Notes: generated from the sequence alone by a model not told the origin. A stretch of DNA of 64,000 nucleotides from Octopus vulgaris (GCA_951406725.2 OX597836.1:15004001-15068000), one strand, 5' to 3'. Numbered from the stretch's first letter, positions 23,528 through 35,713 are shown. A program made the numbers and translations.

Positions 23528-23579
23528 TTGCCCAAGACTGCCACCTTTGTCTTCCTTCCTCACAACCTTGGGAGAGCAG
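23528..23579 (+). CDS. MUTYH: MUTYH exon (VAQDCHLCLPSSQPWES), zinc-linchpin CHLC
   Basis: cacAG / GTTTGT; CxLCLP...PW motif. Confidence 0.9.
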
Positions 23580-23799
23580 GTTTGTTAGGGTTTTTTTTTA
23601 ACCATTTCTCCAACTCCATTAACATCATCTTTTAATTATTATTAATGTCAAATAGGGCGGCAAGGTGGCTGAAACGTTAGCACACCAGACAAAATGCTTA
23701 GCGGTCTTCACTTTCTGAGTTCAAATTCTGCCATGGTCAACTTTGCCTCTCCTCCTTTTGGGGTTAATGTAATCTTAACTCCTCCCCCAAACTTACTGA

Positions 23800-24135
23800 T
23801 CCATCTCTATCTGTTCTAATCCATCTTTGCCTGTCTAATCCATCTCTGCCTGTCCTAATCTATCTCTGCATGTCTTAATCCATCTGCCTGTCCTAATTCA
23901 TCTATTTGTTTCAATAATCCTTTGTCTTTAATCCATCTGCCTGTCCTAATCCATCTACATATCTTTATCCATTTATTTGTCTCAATACATCTGCCTGCCC
24001 TAATTCATCTACCTGTCTTAATCCATCTGCCTATCCTAATCCATCTGTATGTCCTAATCCATTTGTCTGCCTGTCCTAATCCACCTGCTTGTCTTAATAA
24101 ATATATCTACTGATCCTAGTCTGTCTGCCTATCTC
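23800..24135 (+). repeat. 18-bp minisatellite (CCTAATCCATCTGCCTGT)n
   Basis: about 16 diverged units. Confidence 0.9.
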
Positions 24136-24163
24136 ACCCATTATTTTATTTCCTTTAACTTAG

Positions 24164-24294
24164 CCTTGGTGTGACCAATTTCCCTCGGAAATCAAAGAAA
24201 AAGCCCCCAAGGGAGCAGACATCTGCTGTATTTATCATCCGCCGGAATAGTGCTGAAGGACCCGAGTTTCTGATGAATCAGCGTCCAAAAACTG
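24164..24294 (+). CDS. MUTYH: MUTYH exon (SLGVTNFPRKSKKKPPREQTSAVFIIRRNSAEGPEFLMNQRPKT)
   Basis: cttAG / GTGACT; LGVxNFPRK and QRP motifs. Confidence 0.94.
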
Positions 24295-25227
24295 GTGACT
24301 ATCACATTCATATTATTATCATTATTGTTGTTGTTGTTGTTAAGGCAGCAAGCTGGCAGAATTGTTAGCTCACTGGACAAAATGCTTAGCGGTATTTCAC
24401 CTGTCACTGTGTTCTGAGTTCAAATTCCGCCAAGGTCAACTTTGCCATTTGTCCTTCCAAGATTGATAAATTAAGTACCAGTAAAACACTAGGGTTGATG
24501 TAATCCACTAGTTCTCTCCCACAACATTTCAGGCTTTCTGCCTTTAGTAGAAAGGATTATTATTATTATTATTATTTTTGTTGTTGTTTGTGGTGGTGGG
24601 GAGCTGGCAGAATCCCCCTTCAAACTCCCTGAAAAGCAACTTCCAAAACTGCTGGAAGATAGAGGGAGAACAGTGCTGGAACATGTACATACCCTTGTTT
24701 AACACCATTTGTTACCACAAACTCACTTTAGGTATTGCTACCTTATATTACAAAAGCCTTCATTCCTTCATACACGGACATGGCCAAGTTGATGAACCTT
24801 CAAAGACATCCACGTTTCTTAAAAGCCACATAAAGTCCATCACAGGATACTGTGTCAAAAGCTTTTGTGAAGTCTATGAACACTACATACATAGGTATAT
24901 TCTGCTCAATGCATTAGATATATATCAGTGTACGTAAGCATATATGTATGTATATAAGGCGGCGAGCTGGCAGAAACGTTAGCACACCGGGCGAAATGCT
25001 TTGTGGTATTTCGTCTGCCGTTACGTTCTGAGTTCAAATTCAGGTCAACTTTGCCTTTCATCCTTTCGGTGTCGATAAATAAAGTACCAGTTTTGCACTG
25101 GGGTCGATGCAATCAGCTTAATCCCTTGGTCTGTCCTTGTTTGTCCCCTCTACGTTTAGCCCCTTGTGGGCAGTAAAGAAATATATATATGTGTGTATAT
25201 CTTATTGTTGTATATGTGTACTTGCAG

Positions 25228-25361
25228 GTCTGTTAGCAGGTCTTTGGGAGTTTCCGACATTTGATGTTAGTGATATTGAAAATAACAAGAGTCTGTTTTC
25301 TAAATTAGAGGACTTTGGACTCCAAGCTTCGTTACTCGGCAAAAGATTGAAGATTGGAGAT
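25228..25361 (+). CDS. MUTYH: MUTYH exon (GLLAGLWEFPTFDVSDIENNKSLFSKLEDFGLQASLLGKRLKIGD), NUDIX-like domain
   Basis: tgcAG / GTGAGT; GLLAGLWEFP motif. Confidence 0.96.
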
Positions 25362-25392
25362 GTGAGTCTTCCAGATTTTAAACATTTATTCA

Positions 25393-25422
25393 TGCGTGTG
25401 TGTGTGTGTGTGTGTGTGTGCG

Positions 25423-25454
<32 letters not shown>

Positions 25455-25566
25455 CATGTGTATGTGTGTGTGCGTGTGTGTGTATGTGTGTGTGTGTGCG
25501 TGTGTATGTGTGTGTGCGTGTGTGTGTGCGTGTGTGTATGTGTGCGTGTGTGTATGTGTGCGTGCG

Positions 25567-25610
<44 letters not shown>

Positions 25611-25621
25611 TGTGCGTGTGT

Positions 25622-25674
<53 letters not shown>

Positions 25675-25775
25675 TGTGTGTGTGTGTATGTGTGCGTGTG
25701 TGTATGTGTGCGTGCGTGTGTGTGTGGGTGGGTGTGTGTGTATGTGTGTGTGTGTGTGTATGTATGTGTGTGTGC
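25393..25775. repeat. (TG)n microsatellite, about 380 bp, about 30 bp downstream of a MUTYH donor
   Basis: seen directly. Confidence 0.95.
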
Positions 25776-27136
25776 ATGTCTCTTTGTGTTGTTTTCATAC
25801 ATCAATGTTTCTTTGTGTGAAGAACCTCGGGTAGCAGACTTATTCGGTCAGCAAGTTTAAATCCTACCATGACCTTTTAGTGGAGTTCTTTACATTGCAA
25901 TGATTCAAACCAGGTACGTGGTTAAGAAGCTTGCTTCCCAACCACATGATTCCAGGTTCGGTCCCACTGCATGGTACCTTGGGCAATTGTCTTCTACTAT
26001 AGCCCCAAGCCAACCAAAATCTTGCGAGGGATTTAGTAAAGGGAAAATGAAAAGAAGCCTGTCGTGTATCTGTGTAATAGTTTCATTCAGGTATTAACCC
26101 TGGGGCTTACCCCATTAAACTCCTCCATGGCACAGGTTATCAGATAAGACAATAATCTGAAGATGATTTGTTTTATCAAATACGTCTCAGAACCCACAAA
26201 TGTCTATGAAGTTTTTTGACAATTACTAATAAGGAAACTGGAGTGTGCAAGTTGTTTTTATTGTGTGTGTGTGTGGCGCATCATCATCATCATGCAAGCA
26301 GAGTCTTTCATTTCCAGTCTTCCTTGGAAACGTATCTACTCATGGGGAAATATTATTTTACTTGGAAGCAGGTGACAGGAATTGCATCTGGCCATAGAAA
26401 ATCAGCCTCAGTAAATTTCGTCTGACTCATGCCAGCATGGGAAATTGGACGTTAAAACGATGAAGATCATGAGTGTGTGTGTGTATGAAAGTATGGAAAA
26501 GTGGACATACAAGTGATGTGTGTGTATGTAATTTACTACACTGTAGAAAATGCATCTAGTTTGAAATGTTCACAGTTATGGATCAGTGAATCATGTGACT
26601 GTTTGCTCGATGTCATCTTAATAGCTTTCAAGTTTCTTATTTTCTAGACTCAGTGAGTTATTCAATATGACTTTGCCCTTTACGCTTACAAGCAAGAGAA
26701 CACTAAATCGAAATGTGTGTGTGTGTGTACGTACACATACGCACACTTCACTTATCTCCCTTTACGCACACTTTTTTTCTCGCTTACCTCCCTTCTCCCA
26801 GTCATTTCTTGTGAATGTATTCAAAGACGATTTTCTTTTCCATCATGTATATACATTATCAACGTCGCTTTTCGCATTCATATGAATGCTAATCGCGGGT
26901 TTGTTGTATTTCTAATAAAGCTGCATTTCATGCTTATTGACCTCTTTTCATCTTTTCTACTTCTGACATGTTTTTGCTCCTAAGATCTATTTCGCCTGCT
27001 CATTCTTCGCTAGTTTTGTCCAGTTTTTATTCAGTTTTACTAAATTACTCTGTCCAAGATGGTTTCCTTAATATGAAATATCTCACTCTTTTTCTAATTT
27101 CAAATGTTGCATATATCGCGTGTGTATGTGTATATT

Positions 27137-27168
<32 letters not shown>

Positions 27169-27194
27169 TGTATGTATGTATGTATGTATGTATG

Positions 27195-27234
<40 letters not shown>

Positions 27235-27442
27235 AGAAGGTTTGGAGATGATATACAGGTATTATATATTAGAAGAAATGAAGTACTCAGAAATCTGGAT
27301 GGTTTTATATTTACAGATACTTATTTGTATGTTACATGTTTTTATAAATCATATATGCTTATTACTGCCTAAATTAATTATTATTTATAAATATATAAAC
27401 TCCATGAAAAAGAAAATTTTCTTCTCCTTTGCATCATTCAAG

Positions 27443-27604
27443 GTGATCCACATCTTCTCTCACATCCATCAAACCTATTGTGTTGAAGTCATTGACTACA
27501 CCAGTAAATCTACATCTGACCACTGTCCAGTAGGCACAGCCGTTGTCCGGTGGATGACCGCAAAAGAGCTGCAGACATCAGCCACATCGACTGCCATGAA
27601 AAAG
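27443..27604 (+). CDS. MUTYH: MUTYH exon (VIHIFSHIHQTY...VRWMTAKELQTSATSTAMKK), FSH 8-oxoG recognition loop
   Basis: tcaAG / GTGAGC; HxFSH and STAMKK motifs. Confidence 0.96.
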
Positions 27605-27871
27605 GTGAGCTGTGAAAAGAATCTTGGTTTTGTTTTTGCTTTTTATTTAACAGGCCCTCACTCATTCCTCCCTCCCGACTCTGACTCTGTTTCTCTTGGG
27701 TTTCATGTGATAGTAATAAATGAACGACACCGTCATTCAAGCAATGGCCTTTGTCTCCAGCTTTCTTTGGAAACATCTCCGATTATGGAGATCCATTATC
27801 TTGTTGTCAAATGCTGTGTGGGACAACGCAGACATAAAGAAACTCACACACACACACACACATATATTTAT

Positions 27872-28070
27872 AATGTGACCGTGTGTGTACCGTTGGCAAT
27901 TTTTTTTCCTCTGTTTTCCCTTCTCTGGATCTTTCCTTCTCCTATGTTTCCGACGAAGAGCTCCGCTCGAAACGTTAAACCCTCCTTCTTTCCTGAGCGT
28001 CCAATAATACTATATTTGTCCCACGTCCTCGCGTTGTTGTGTTTTTTTGTGCTTTCTTGTTTGGATTAAC
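27872..28070 (+). mobile_element. About 200-bp hammerhead-bearing non-coding element (Penelope pseudo-LTR-like) in a (TA)n tract; other copies at 23059-23265 (-) and 40461-40665 (-)
   Basis: three alignable copies, each within the microsatellite of a family-A SINE. Confidence 0.7.
27946..27980 (+). ncRNA. Hammerhead motif copy with U4C core variant
   Basis: GTTTCCGACGAAGAGCTCCGCTCGAAACGTTAAAC; identical to 40559-40593 except one base. Confidence 0.55.
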
Positions 28071-28072
28071 TT

Positions 28073-28103
<31 letters not shown>

Positions 28104-28308
28104 GATACAGCACGGAGTTTTGTCAATGAACAGGTCACAGTCTCAAAGCGGCGAAAATATTTCGACAAATTAAATTTAAATGTTGAAGTGAATCTAACGG
28201 TTTTTGTGTGTTTCTTAAATGGCTTATAAACACCTACCACGCTGCAATTGTTTTCGTTCCAGCACACGATCTCAGATCAGGTCAATTGCTATGCAAGTAC
28301 ATCTCCAT

Positions 28309-28342
<34 letters not shown>

Positions 28343-28582
28343 CAGGTTTCTTTCAGTTTCCGTCTACCAAATCCACTCATAAGGCTTTGGTTGGTCCAGG
28401 ACTACAGTAGAAGACACTTGCCTAAGGTGCCATACTGTAGGACTGAACCTGGAACCATGTGGTTGGGAAGCAAACTTCATACCACGCATCTAATCTTCTC
28501 CATATATTGGCACTGGGGTTTTGTTTAATATATTTCTTTCTTTACTATTTTTCTTAATTATATTTTTGTTTTTTTTTTTAAG

Positions 28583-28624
28583 GTTTTCAAAAGATTTGAA
28601 GATTCTCAAAAGAAAACATCATCC
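28583..28624 (+). CDS. MUTYH: MUTYH exon (VFKRFEDSQKKTSS)
   Basis: poly-T tract then taAG / GTGAGT; completes the conserved AMKK-VF. Confidence 0.85.
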
Positions 28625-28649
28625 GTGAGTACTATTTCAAAAGTTTATA

Positions 28650-28868
28650 TGATGGGGTGCTGTAAAGTTTCTGGCTTTAAGGGTATCACGAAAGGCCAGG
28701 CTGGAAACCCGACCTTTCGAGTTCTTTTACAGGGCTTAGAAAAACTGAGGGACCGCTACAATAAGTGTGTGAATCTGAGATGGGGATGTGTTGAATTAAA
28801 TCATAATTAACTGATCCTCCTCTATTTTCTTTTACCCAAAGCCAGGGACTTTTCAGCAAGCTTTCTAT
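28650..28868. mobile_element. mariner-like MITE (partial relative at about 21400-21515)
   Basis: imperfect TIRs (GCTGTAAAGTTTCTGGCTTT / AAAGCCAGGGACTTTTCAGC) with TA flanks. Confidence 0.55.
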
Positions 28869-28904
28869 ACACAAGGGAGGGATGAATGTGTGGATGTATG
28901 TATA

Positions 28905-29255
28905 TTACTCTTTTACTTGTTTCAGTCATTTGACTGCGGCAATGCTGGAGCACCGCCTTTAATCGAGTAACTCGACCCCGGGACTTATTCTTTTGTAAGC
29001 CCAGTACTTATTCTATCGGTCTCTTTTGCCGAACCGCTAAGTGACGGGGACGTACACACACGCATATATATATATATATATATACATATATACAACGGGC
29101 TTCTTTCAGTTTCCGTCTACCAGATCCACTCACAAGGCTTTGGTTGGCTCGAGGCTATAGTAGAAGACACTTACCCAAGGTGCCACGCAGTGGAACTGAA
29201 CCCGGAACCATGTGGTTGGTACACAAGCTACTTACCACACAGCCACTCCTGCGCC
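28905..29255 (-). mobile_element. SINE family A
   Basis: family consensus with an internal deletion. Confidence 0.85.
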
Positions 29256-30001
29256 TTCAATCATTTAACTGAGGCCATGCTGGAGTACCGCCTTTAGTCG
29301 ATCAAGTTGGTGCCAGGACTTATTCTTTGTAAGTCTAGTACTTATTATGTTGGTCTCTTTTTTCCAAACCGCTAAGTTACAGGGAACAAACAAGATGAGG
29401 ACAAATATCCGTCAAATGTAAATAATGTAAAATAATTGTTGTTATTTAGCTGGTGTTTGGAACAAAAATTAACATGAAATTTTGCTGGAAGGTTCTAATT
29501 TAAATCACTTACCTTTTAGTATCATATTTCTGTTGAAATACTACATTTCATCATCATCATCATCGTTTAACGTCCGCTTTCCATGCTAGCATGGGTTGGA
29601 CGGTTCAACTGCGGTATGGGACGCCCAAAGGCTGCACCAGGCCAGTCAGATCTGGCAGTGTTTCTACAGCTGGATGCCCTTCCTAACGCCTACCACTCCT
29701 TGAGTGTAGTGGGTGCTTTTTATGTGCCACCGACATTTCCTTTATTTCAATTAATTTTGAAAATAATGTGGAACTTTGATCATAAATTTTGAACTTAAAT
29801 TAACATGAAATTTAGATGAGTTTAAAACAAGAAATTTGTAACACAGAACCATGTGTCAGTCTTAGGTGAGTCACAAAATGCAGACTCATAGAGTCATACA
29901 ATATTTAACCCTTTTTTTACCATATTTCTATAGAAATACACTGCATTTGTTTCACTTAATTTGAAAAATAATGAAAAAATTTTTTAAATACCTTTATCAC
30001 T

Positions 30002-30289
30002 AGCTCACTAATCATCATCATCATCGTTTAACGTCCGCTTTCCATGCTAGCATGGGTTGGACGGTTCAACTGGGGTCTGGGAAGCCAGAAGGCTGCACCA
30101 GGCCCAGTCAGATCTGGCAGTGTTTCTACAGCTGGCGTTAGGAAGGGCATCCAGCTGTAGAAACACTGCCAGATCTGACTGGCCTGGTGCAGCCTTCGGG
30201 CTTCCTAGACCCCAGTTGAACCGTCCAACCCATGCTAGCATGGAAAGCGGACGTTAAACGATGATGATGATGATGATGATTAGTGAGCT
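30002..30289. repeat. Palindrome with ~135-bp arms and a 15-bp spacer
   Basis: 30002-30135 is the reverse complement of 30151-30289. Confidence 0.92.
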
Positions 30290-30484
30290 GGCATTTGGGA
30301 CATAAACTACCATTTCGATCCCTTTAAAACAGGAAGTTTGTATCATAGAACCAGGGGGTCGGTCTCAGGCCGGTTGGTGTTAGCAAAAGAAGTTAATTAT
30401 CAGCAGACATCTGGTTGACATCCCTTTTTCTCCTCTCTTTCTCTTTCTCTCTCTTTATTTCTTTTTATTTCTTCTTCATTGCAG

Positions 30485-30601
30485 CCCCACAAGAAACCAT
30501 CAACAAAACACAAAATTGCTGAAGATGAAAGACAAACGAAACGACAAAGGTCTCTAATGGATTCCTTCTTCAAATCTTCTTCGACCCCTACCACTAAATA
30601 A
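30485..30601 (+). CDS. MUTYH: MUTYH last coding exon (PHKKPSTKHKIAEDERQTKRQRSLMDSFFKSSSTPTTK*)
   Basis: long pyrimidine tract plus gcAG; PIP-box-like LMDSFF; TAA at 30599-30601. Confidence 0.85.
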   Translation, partial: PHKKPSTKHKIAEDERQTKRQRSLMDSFFKSSSTPTTK

Positions 30602-30602
30602 A
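30597..30602 (+). promoter_or_regulatory. AATAAA overlapping the MUTYH stop codon (alternative AATAAA at 31145-31150)
   Basis: actaAATAAAaatt seen directly; actual use unverified. Confidence 0.3.
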
Positions 30603-31209
30603 AATTAACCCCTACACACAAACAGACATACGCACATATCTTGTATCTTTTATTCTTTTACTTGTTTCAGTCATTAGACTGCAGCCATGCTGGAGCACCA
30701 CCTTGAAGGATTTTAGTCAAACGAATTGACTCCAGTACTTATTTTTTTAAAGCTTATGCTATCAGTTCTTTTGCTGAACTGCTAAGTTACAGGAACATAA
30801 ACACACCAACACTGGTTGTCAAGCAGTGATGGCAGACAAACACAGACACAAAGACACACACCCAGATATATGTATGTGCCAGGCTTCTCACAGTTTCCAG
30901 CTACCAAATCCATTCACAAGCTTTGGTCAGCCTGAGGCTATAGTAGAAGACACTTGCCCAAGGTGCCACGCAGTGGGACTGAACCCGGAACTGTGTGGTT
31001 CATAAGCAAGCTACTTACCACACAGCCACTCCTTCCAACCGAGACATTACAACTGTATCTGATTCTTATGGGCATCACCTGACAGCTCCGTGTTAGTGGC
31101 ATCCCAGATGAGGCACAGATAAGCAACATTAAGAGAAAGACAGCAATAAATGAAACTTTAAAATTTGTCAATTTGTGAAAAAAATGTACCAAGACAAAAG
31201 AAAAAAAGT

Positions 31210-31624
31210 CTCTTTTACTCTTTTACTTGTTTCAGTCATTTGACTGCGGCCATGCTGGAGCACCGCCTTTAGTCGATCAAATCGACCCCGGGACTTATTC
31301 TTTGTAAGCCCAGTACTTATTCTATCGGTCTCTTTTGCCGAACCGCTAAGTGACGGGGACGTAAACACACCAGCATCAGTTGTCAAGCAATGCTAGGGGG
31401 ACAAACACAGACACACAAACACACACATACATATATACATATATATATATACATATATACGACAGGCTTCTTTCAGTTTCCATCTACCAAATCCACTCAC
31501 AAGGCATTGGTCGGCCCGGGGCTATAGTAGAAGACACTTGCCCAAGATGCCACGCAGTGGGACTGAACCCGGAACCATGTGGTTGGTTAGCAAGCTACTT
31601 ACCACACAGCCACTCCTGCACCTG
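31210..31624 (-). mobile_element. SINE family A, full length (older copy at about 30645-31033)
   Basis: family consensus. Confidence 0.88.
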
Positions 31625-33674
31625 TTTAAACATATCAATTTTATTTCAAAATTAAATACTATCTTATATTTTGGAAAAAGAATTAGAACTGAAAATAAAA
31701 CAATCGTTTGTATTTTTAAAATCGTTTTCTGAAACAAAGTAGAAAGTGTTGTATATTTGTTGTTGTTTTTTACTTCGTTTTTTTCCCCTACCCCTTCTAG
31801 TGACTTGATCAACAAAACATTTAATCATGTGCTGGGTGTGGTAGTGGTAGTGGTGGTGGTTTCCATCAGTTTTGAAAGCAGGCAAAGTGATAAGAGAAAC
31901 AATTAGATTTTGGGGAACAGCTGCAGCTCCTCTTGACAAAGGATCGTAATCTTTCAAAAGACGCCACGAGATGTGTTGGTTCATTGGCCATCCATTTCTA
32001 TCTCAATGGACAGAATCGTCTTGCCAGAATTTATTTTTCCATTGGTGAAAACAAATTTGAATTTAACCCATTAGTATTCAAACCAGCTGTATCTGGCCCA
32101 AATATTCAACCTGTTTCATGTTCAAACTGACCAGATCCAGCCTCTCACACCTATCCTACAATGCCATTCTAAAAGTAAAACAATTACAATCGAAATCTTG
32201 AAGCTACAAGATAATACAAGAATTCAAAACATTGTGAATAAATAGGTTCCACAATTGAAAAAGTAATTTGAATGTTAAAGAGTCAATGAAATGAAGTATG
32301 TCATATAATCTTTATGCATTTTTATTCAAATCAATTTTAGTTTCTATTTCACATTCAGCTACAAAGTCCTTAACATTTTCGTACACAGCTACTGTTTCGA
32401 TTTGCTTGAATTTCATCAGTGCAAAGCAACTAAGGATTTATTAATTATATTATGTTATTTTATTGTGGGAAGAAAAAGAAAGGAGAAAATATTTTGATGA
32501 AGTAAAAACTATACATGAAGGCATTTCACTAGGGATGTGTTTGTTTTTGTCACAGTTGTGTGTGTGGAGAGAAAGAGAGAGAGTAATGGACTAGATGGAA
32601 ATTGTAAACTTATCTAGTAGGTATGGCTGTGTGGTTAAGATTGCTTTGCAGCCGCTTGATTTTGGGTTCAGTCTCACTATGGGGCACCTTGATTAATTAA
32701 ATGCCTTCTATAATAGTCCTAGGCTTCAAAGCTATGAGAATGGATTTTATAGACAGAAACTGAAAGAAGCCCATTATGTGTGTGTGTATATATATATATA
32801 TGTATGTGTGTATGTTTATATATATGTGGTCGATGCCAGTTCCATCTGACTGGCTCCTGTGCAGGTGGCATGTAAAAAGCACCATTTGAGCGTGGTCGAT
32901 GCCAGTGCTGCCTGGTTGACCCTTGTGCCAGTGGCACATAAAAAGCATCCACTTTACTCTTGGAGTGGTTGGCATTAAGAAAGGAATCCAGCTGTAGAAA
33001 CCTTGCCAGATCAGATTGGAGCCTGGTGCAGCCTCTTGGCTTGGCAGTCCTCAGTCAAACCGTCCAACCCATGCCAGCATGGAAAGTGGACGTTAAACGA
33101 TGATGTGTGTGTTTATATATCTTTGTCTTGAAATTATATGGTAGTGGTAAGTGAATCTCATGTTATAGAAACTGTCATTTGTTTCCAATATTCTGTGAAA
33201 AATATTGTTCTGGCCAAGGGGAAATGTTACCTTGCTTGGAATCAGTTGAGTGTTGGAGACGGGAAGAGTATCCAGCAGTAGAAAATCTGCCTCATTATAC
33301 TCTATGGAAAAGTGAATTTTAAAGATGAGGATTTTCTTATGCAAACATGACTACTCTGCATTTCCTTGTCTTTCTTTTATTTTGCATACTAAGATATTTG
33401 CCAATATTTCTCATTTCTTTATTGCCCACAAGGGGTTAAACATAGAGGGGACAAACAAGGACAAAGGGATTAAGTCAATTACATCGACCCCAGTGCATAA
33501 CTGGTACTTAATTTATCGACCCCGAAAGGATGAAAGGCAAAGTCGACCTCAGCGGAATTTGAACTCAGAACATAACGGCAGACGAAATACCGCTAAGCAT
33601 TTCGCCTGGCGTGCTAACGTTTTTGCCAGCTCACCGCCTTAAAATTTGCCAATATTTCTGTTAATAAGTTAAAC

Positions 33675-33921
33675 CAGTGGTTCTCAAACATTTTCAAGCT
33701 GCCGTGCCCTTGACGCCTGGGACACATTCCTAGTGCCCCCCAAAAAAACACAAATGTAGATCACTTACTGCAGCAAATTCAAAACTGTATTTCTCAAATA
33801 AAACTTAACGTAATAAACTTATTTTTTTTTATTTTACATCTATTACCTGCTTGCCCCCACTTTTCTTCAATAACCCCCCACCCCCCAAAGGGGGCAGTAC
33901 CACCAATTTTAGGAACCACTG
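33675..33921. mobile_element. hAT-type MITE
   Basis: CAGTGGTTC...GAACCACTG termini; 8-bp TSD AGTTAAAC on both sides. Confidence 0.85.
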
Positions 33922-34419
33922 AGTTAAACCGTATAGCAGAAACGTTAGCATGCTGGGCGAAATGCTTATCGGTATTTCGTCTGCCGTTATGTTCTGAGAT
34001 CGACTTTGCCTTTCATCCTTTCGGGGTCGATAAATTAAGTACCAGTTACGCACTGGGGTCGATGTAATTGACTTAATCCCTTTGTTTATCCCCTCTATGT
34101 TTAGCCCTTTGTGGGCAATAAAGAAATAAGAAAAGATGGCTTGGTTCACAGTTCTAAAAATTTTTTTAAAAGGCCAACAATAATAATCTTTCTGCTAAAG
34201 GCACAAGGCCTGAAATTTGAGGGGAGGGGACTTGTCGATTACATTTACCCTAGTGTTTCACTGGTACTTTATTTATCAATTCTGAAAGGCAAAGTTGACC
34301 TCAGCGGAATTTGAACTCAGAACATGCAGACAGGCAAAATGCCACTAAGCATTTTTCCCAGCATGCTAACAATTCTGCCAGCTTGCCACTTAATAATAAT
34401 AATAATAATAATAGTAACA

Positions 34420-34805
34420 ATAAGAAAATGGAGAATATAGACTACTAAAAAACGAAAATGCAAGAGTGTGAGCAATGAAGAGAATAGCTGTTATCCTTGT
34501 AGTTGTAGCACTTGTATCCTTGGAGCACTAACAACCAGGTTCGAGGAATATGTTGGAGAAATTGGAATTGACATGAGGGCAGAGCAGGCCCTCTCAAAAA
34601 ACTGCTCTATTGGGGACAACTAGGATTTTAAGATTGGTGCTTGGATGATGAGTGTCTTCTACAATAAGTTAACATCCAAATACCAAAGCTTATAATTTGT
34701 GGAAAGAGACCCCCCGTGAGATCTCTGACGACAGGTTGCTGTCTACTCTCACAGGATCAACCAACACAGGTAAGTAAGACAGAGAGCACTGAGAAGTAAA
34801 ATAAT
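34420..34805 (+). mobile_element. R4/Dong-like LINE C-terminus in a (TAA)n tract
   Basis: KTALLGTTRILRLVL terminal motif; (TAA)n flanks. Confidence 0.65.
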
Positions 34806-35678
34806 AATTTCAAATTTTGGTAAAAGGCCAACAATTTCAGGGGAGAGGACTAGTTGATTACATCACACCCCAGTACATGACAGATATTTTATCAAAGCTA
34901 AAAGGAAGAAAAACAAAGTTAACCTTGGCAGAATTTGAGCTCAGAATGTAAAGACAGATGAAATGCCACTAAGCATTTGGTCCAGCACTCTAACGATTCT
35001 GCCAACTTGGGCCCCTTAATAATCATTTCTACTATAGAGACAAGGCCTGAAATTTTGGGAGAGTGGGGTAAGTCGATTACATCAACCCCAGTGTTTCACT
35101 GGTACTTAATTTATCAACCTTGAAAGGATGACAGGCAAAGTTGATCTTGGCAGAATTTGAACTCAGAACCTAAAGATCTGGACGAAAAGTCACTAAGCAT
35201 TTTATCCAACAGGCTAACAATTCTGCTAGCACCTTAATAGTAATAATAATAATGATGATTTCAAATTTTGGCACAAGGCCAGCAATTTGGGGGGCCAGGA
35301 TGAGTCAATTACATTGGTCCCAGTGCTTAACTGGTATTTATTTTATCGACCCCGAAAGGATGAAAAGCAAAGTCAACCTTACTTTCTTAATTTTGGCACT
35401 ATGGCCATAAAGTCAACCTTGGCAGAATTTGAGCTCAGAATGTTAAGATGGACGAAATACCTATTTCATTATTGCCCACAAGGGGCTAAATACAGAGGGG
35501 ACAAACGGATTAAGTCAATTATATCAACCCCAGTGCATAACTGGTACTTCTTTAATCGACCCCGAAAGGATGAAAAGCAAAGTTGACCTTGGTGGAATTT
35601 GAACTCAGAACGTAGCGGCAGACAAAATACCACTAAGCATTTTGCCTGACAGGCTAATGATTCTACCAGCTCAGCACC

Positions 35679-35713
<35 letters not shown>

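Larger units (their letters stand above)
2273..30601 (+). other. MUTYH: MUTYH gene span (adenine DNA glycosylase, A:8-oxoG repair); 16 coding exons including a tentative exon 1; about 484 aa
   Basis: Exons joined by hand at GT-AG give one frame of 1455 nt. Motifs: [29 protein letters not shown], Hh[18 protein letters not shown]6CX2CX5C, GLLAGLWEFP, FSH loop, C-terminal PIP-like motif. Confidence 0.96.

Noticed and set aside
27104-28069. 321-aa ORF
   Set aside because: Only 27443-27604 is a MUTYH exon; the rest is microsatellite and intronic repeat that happens to lack stops.
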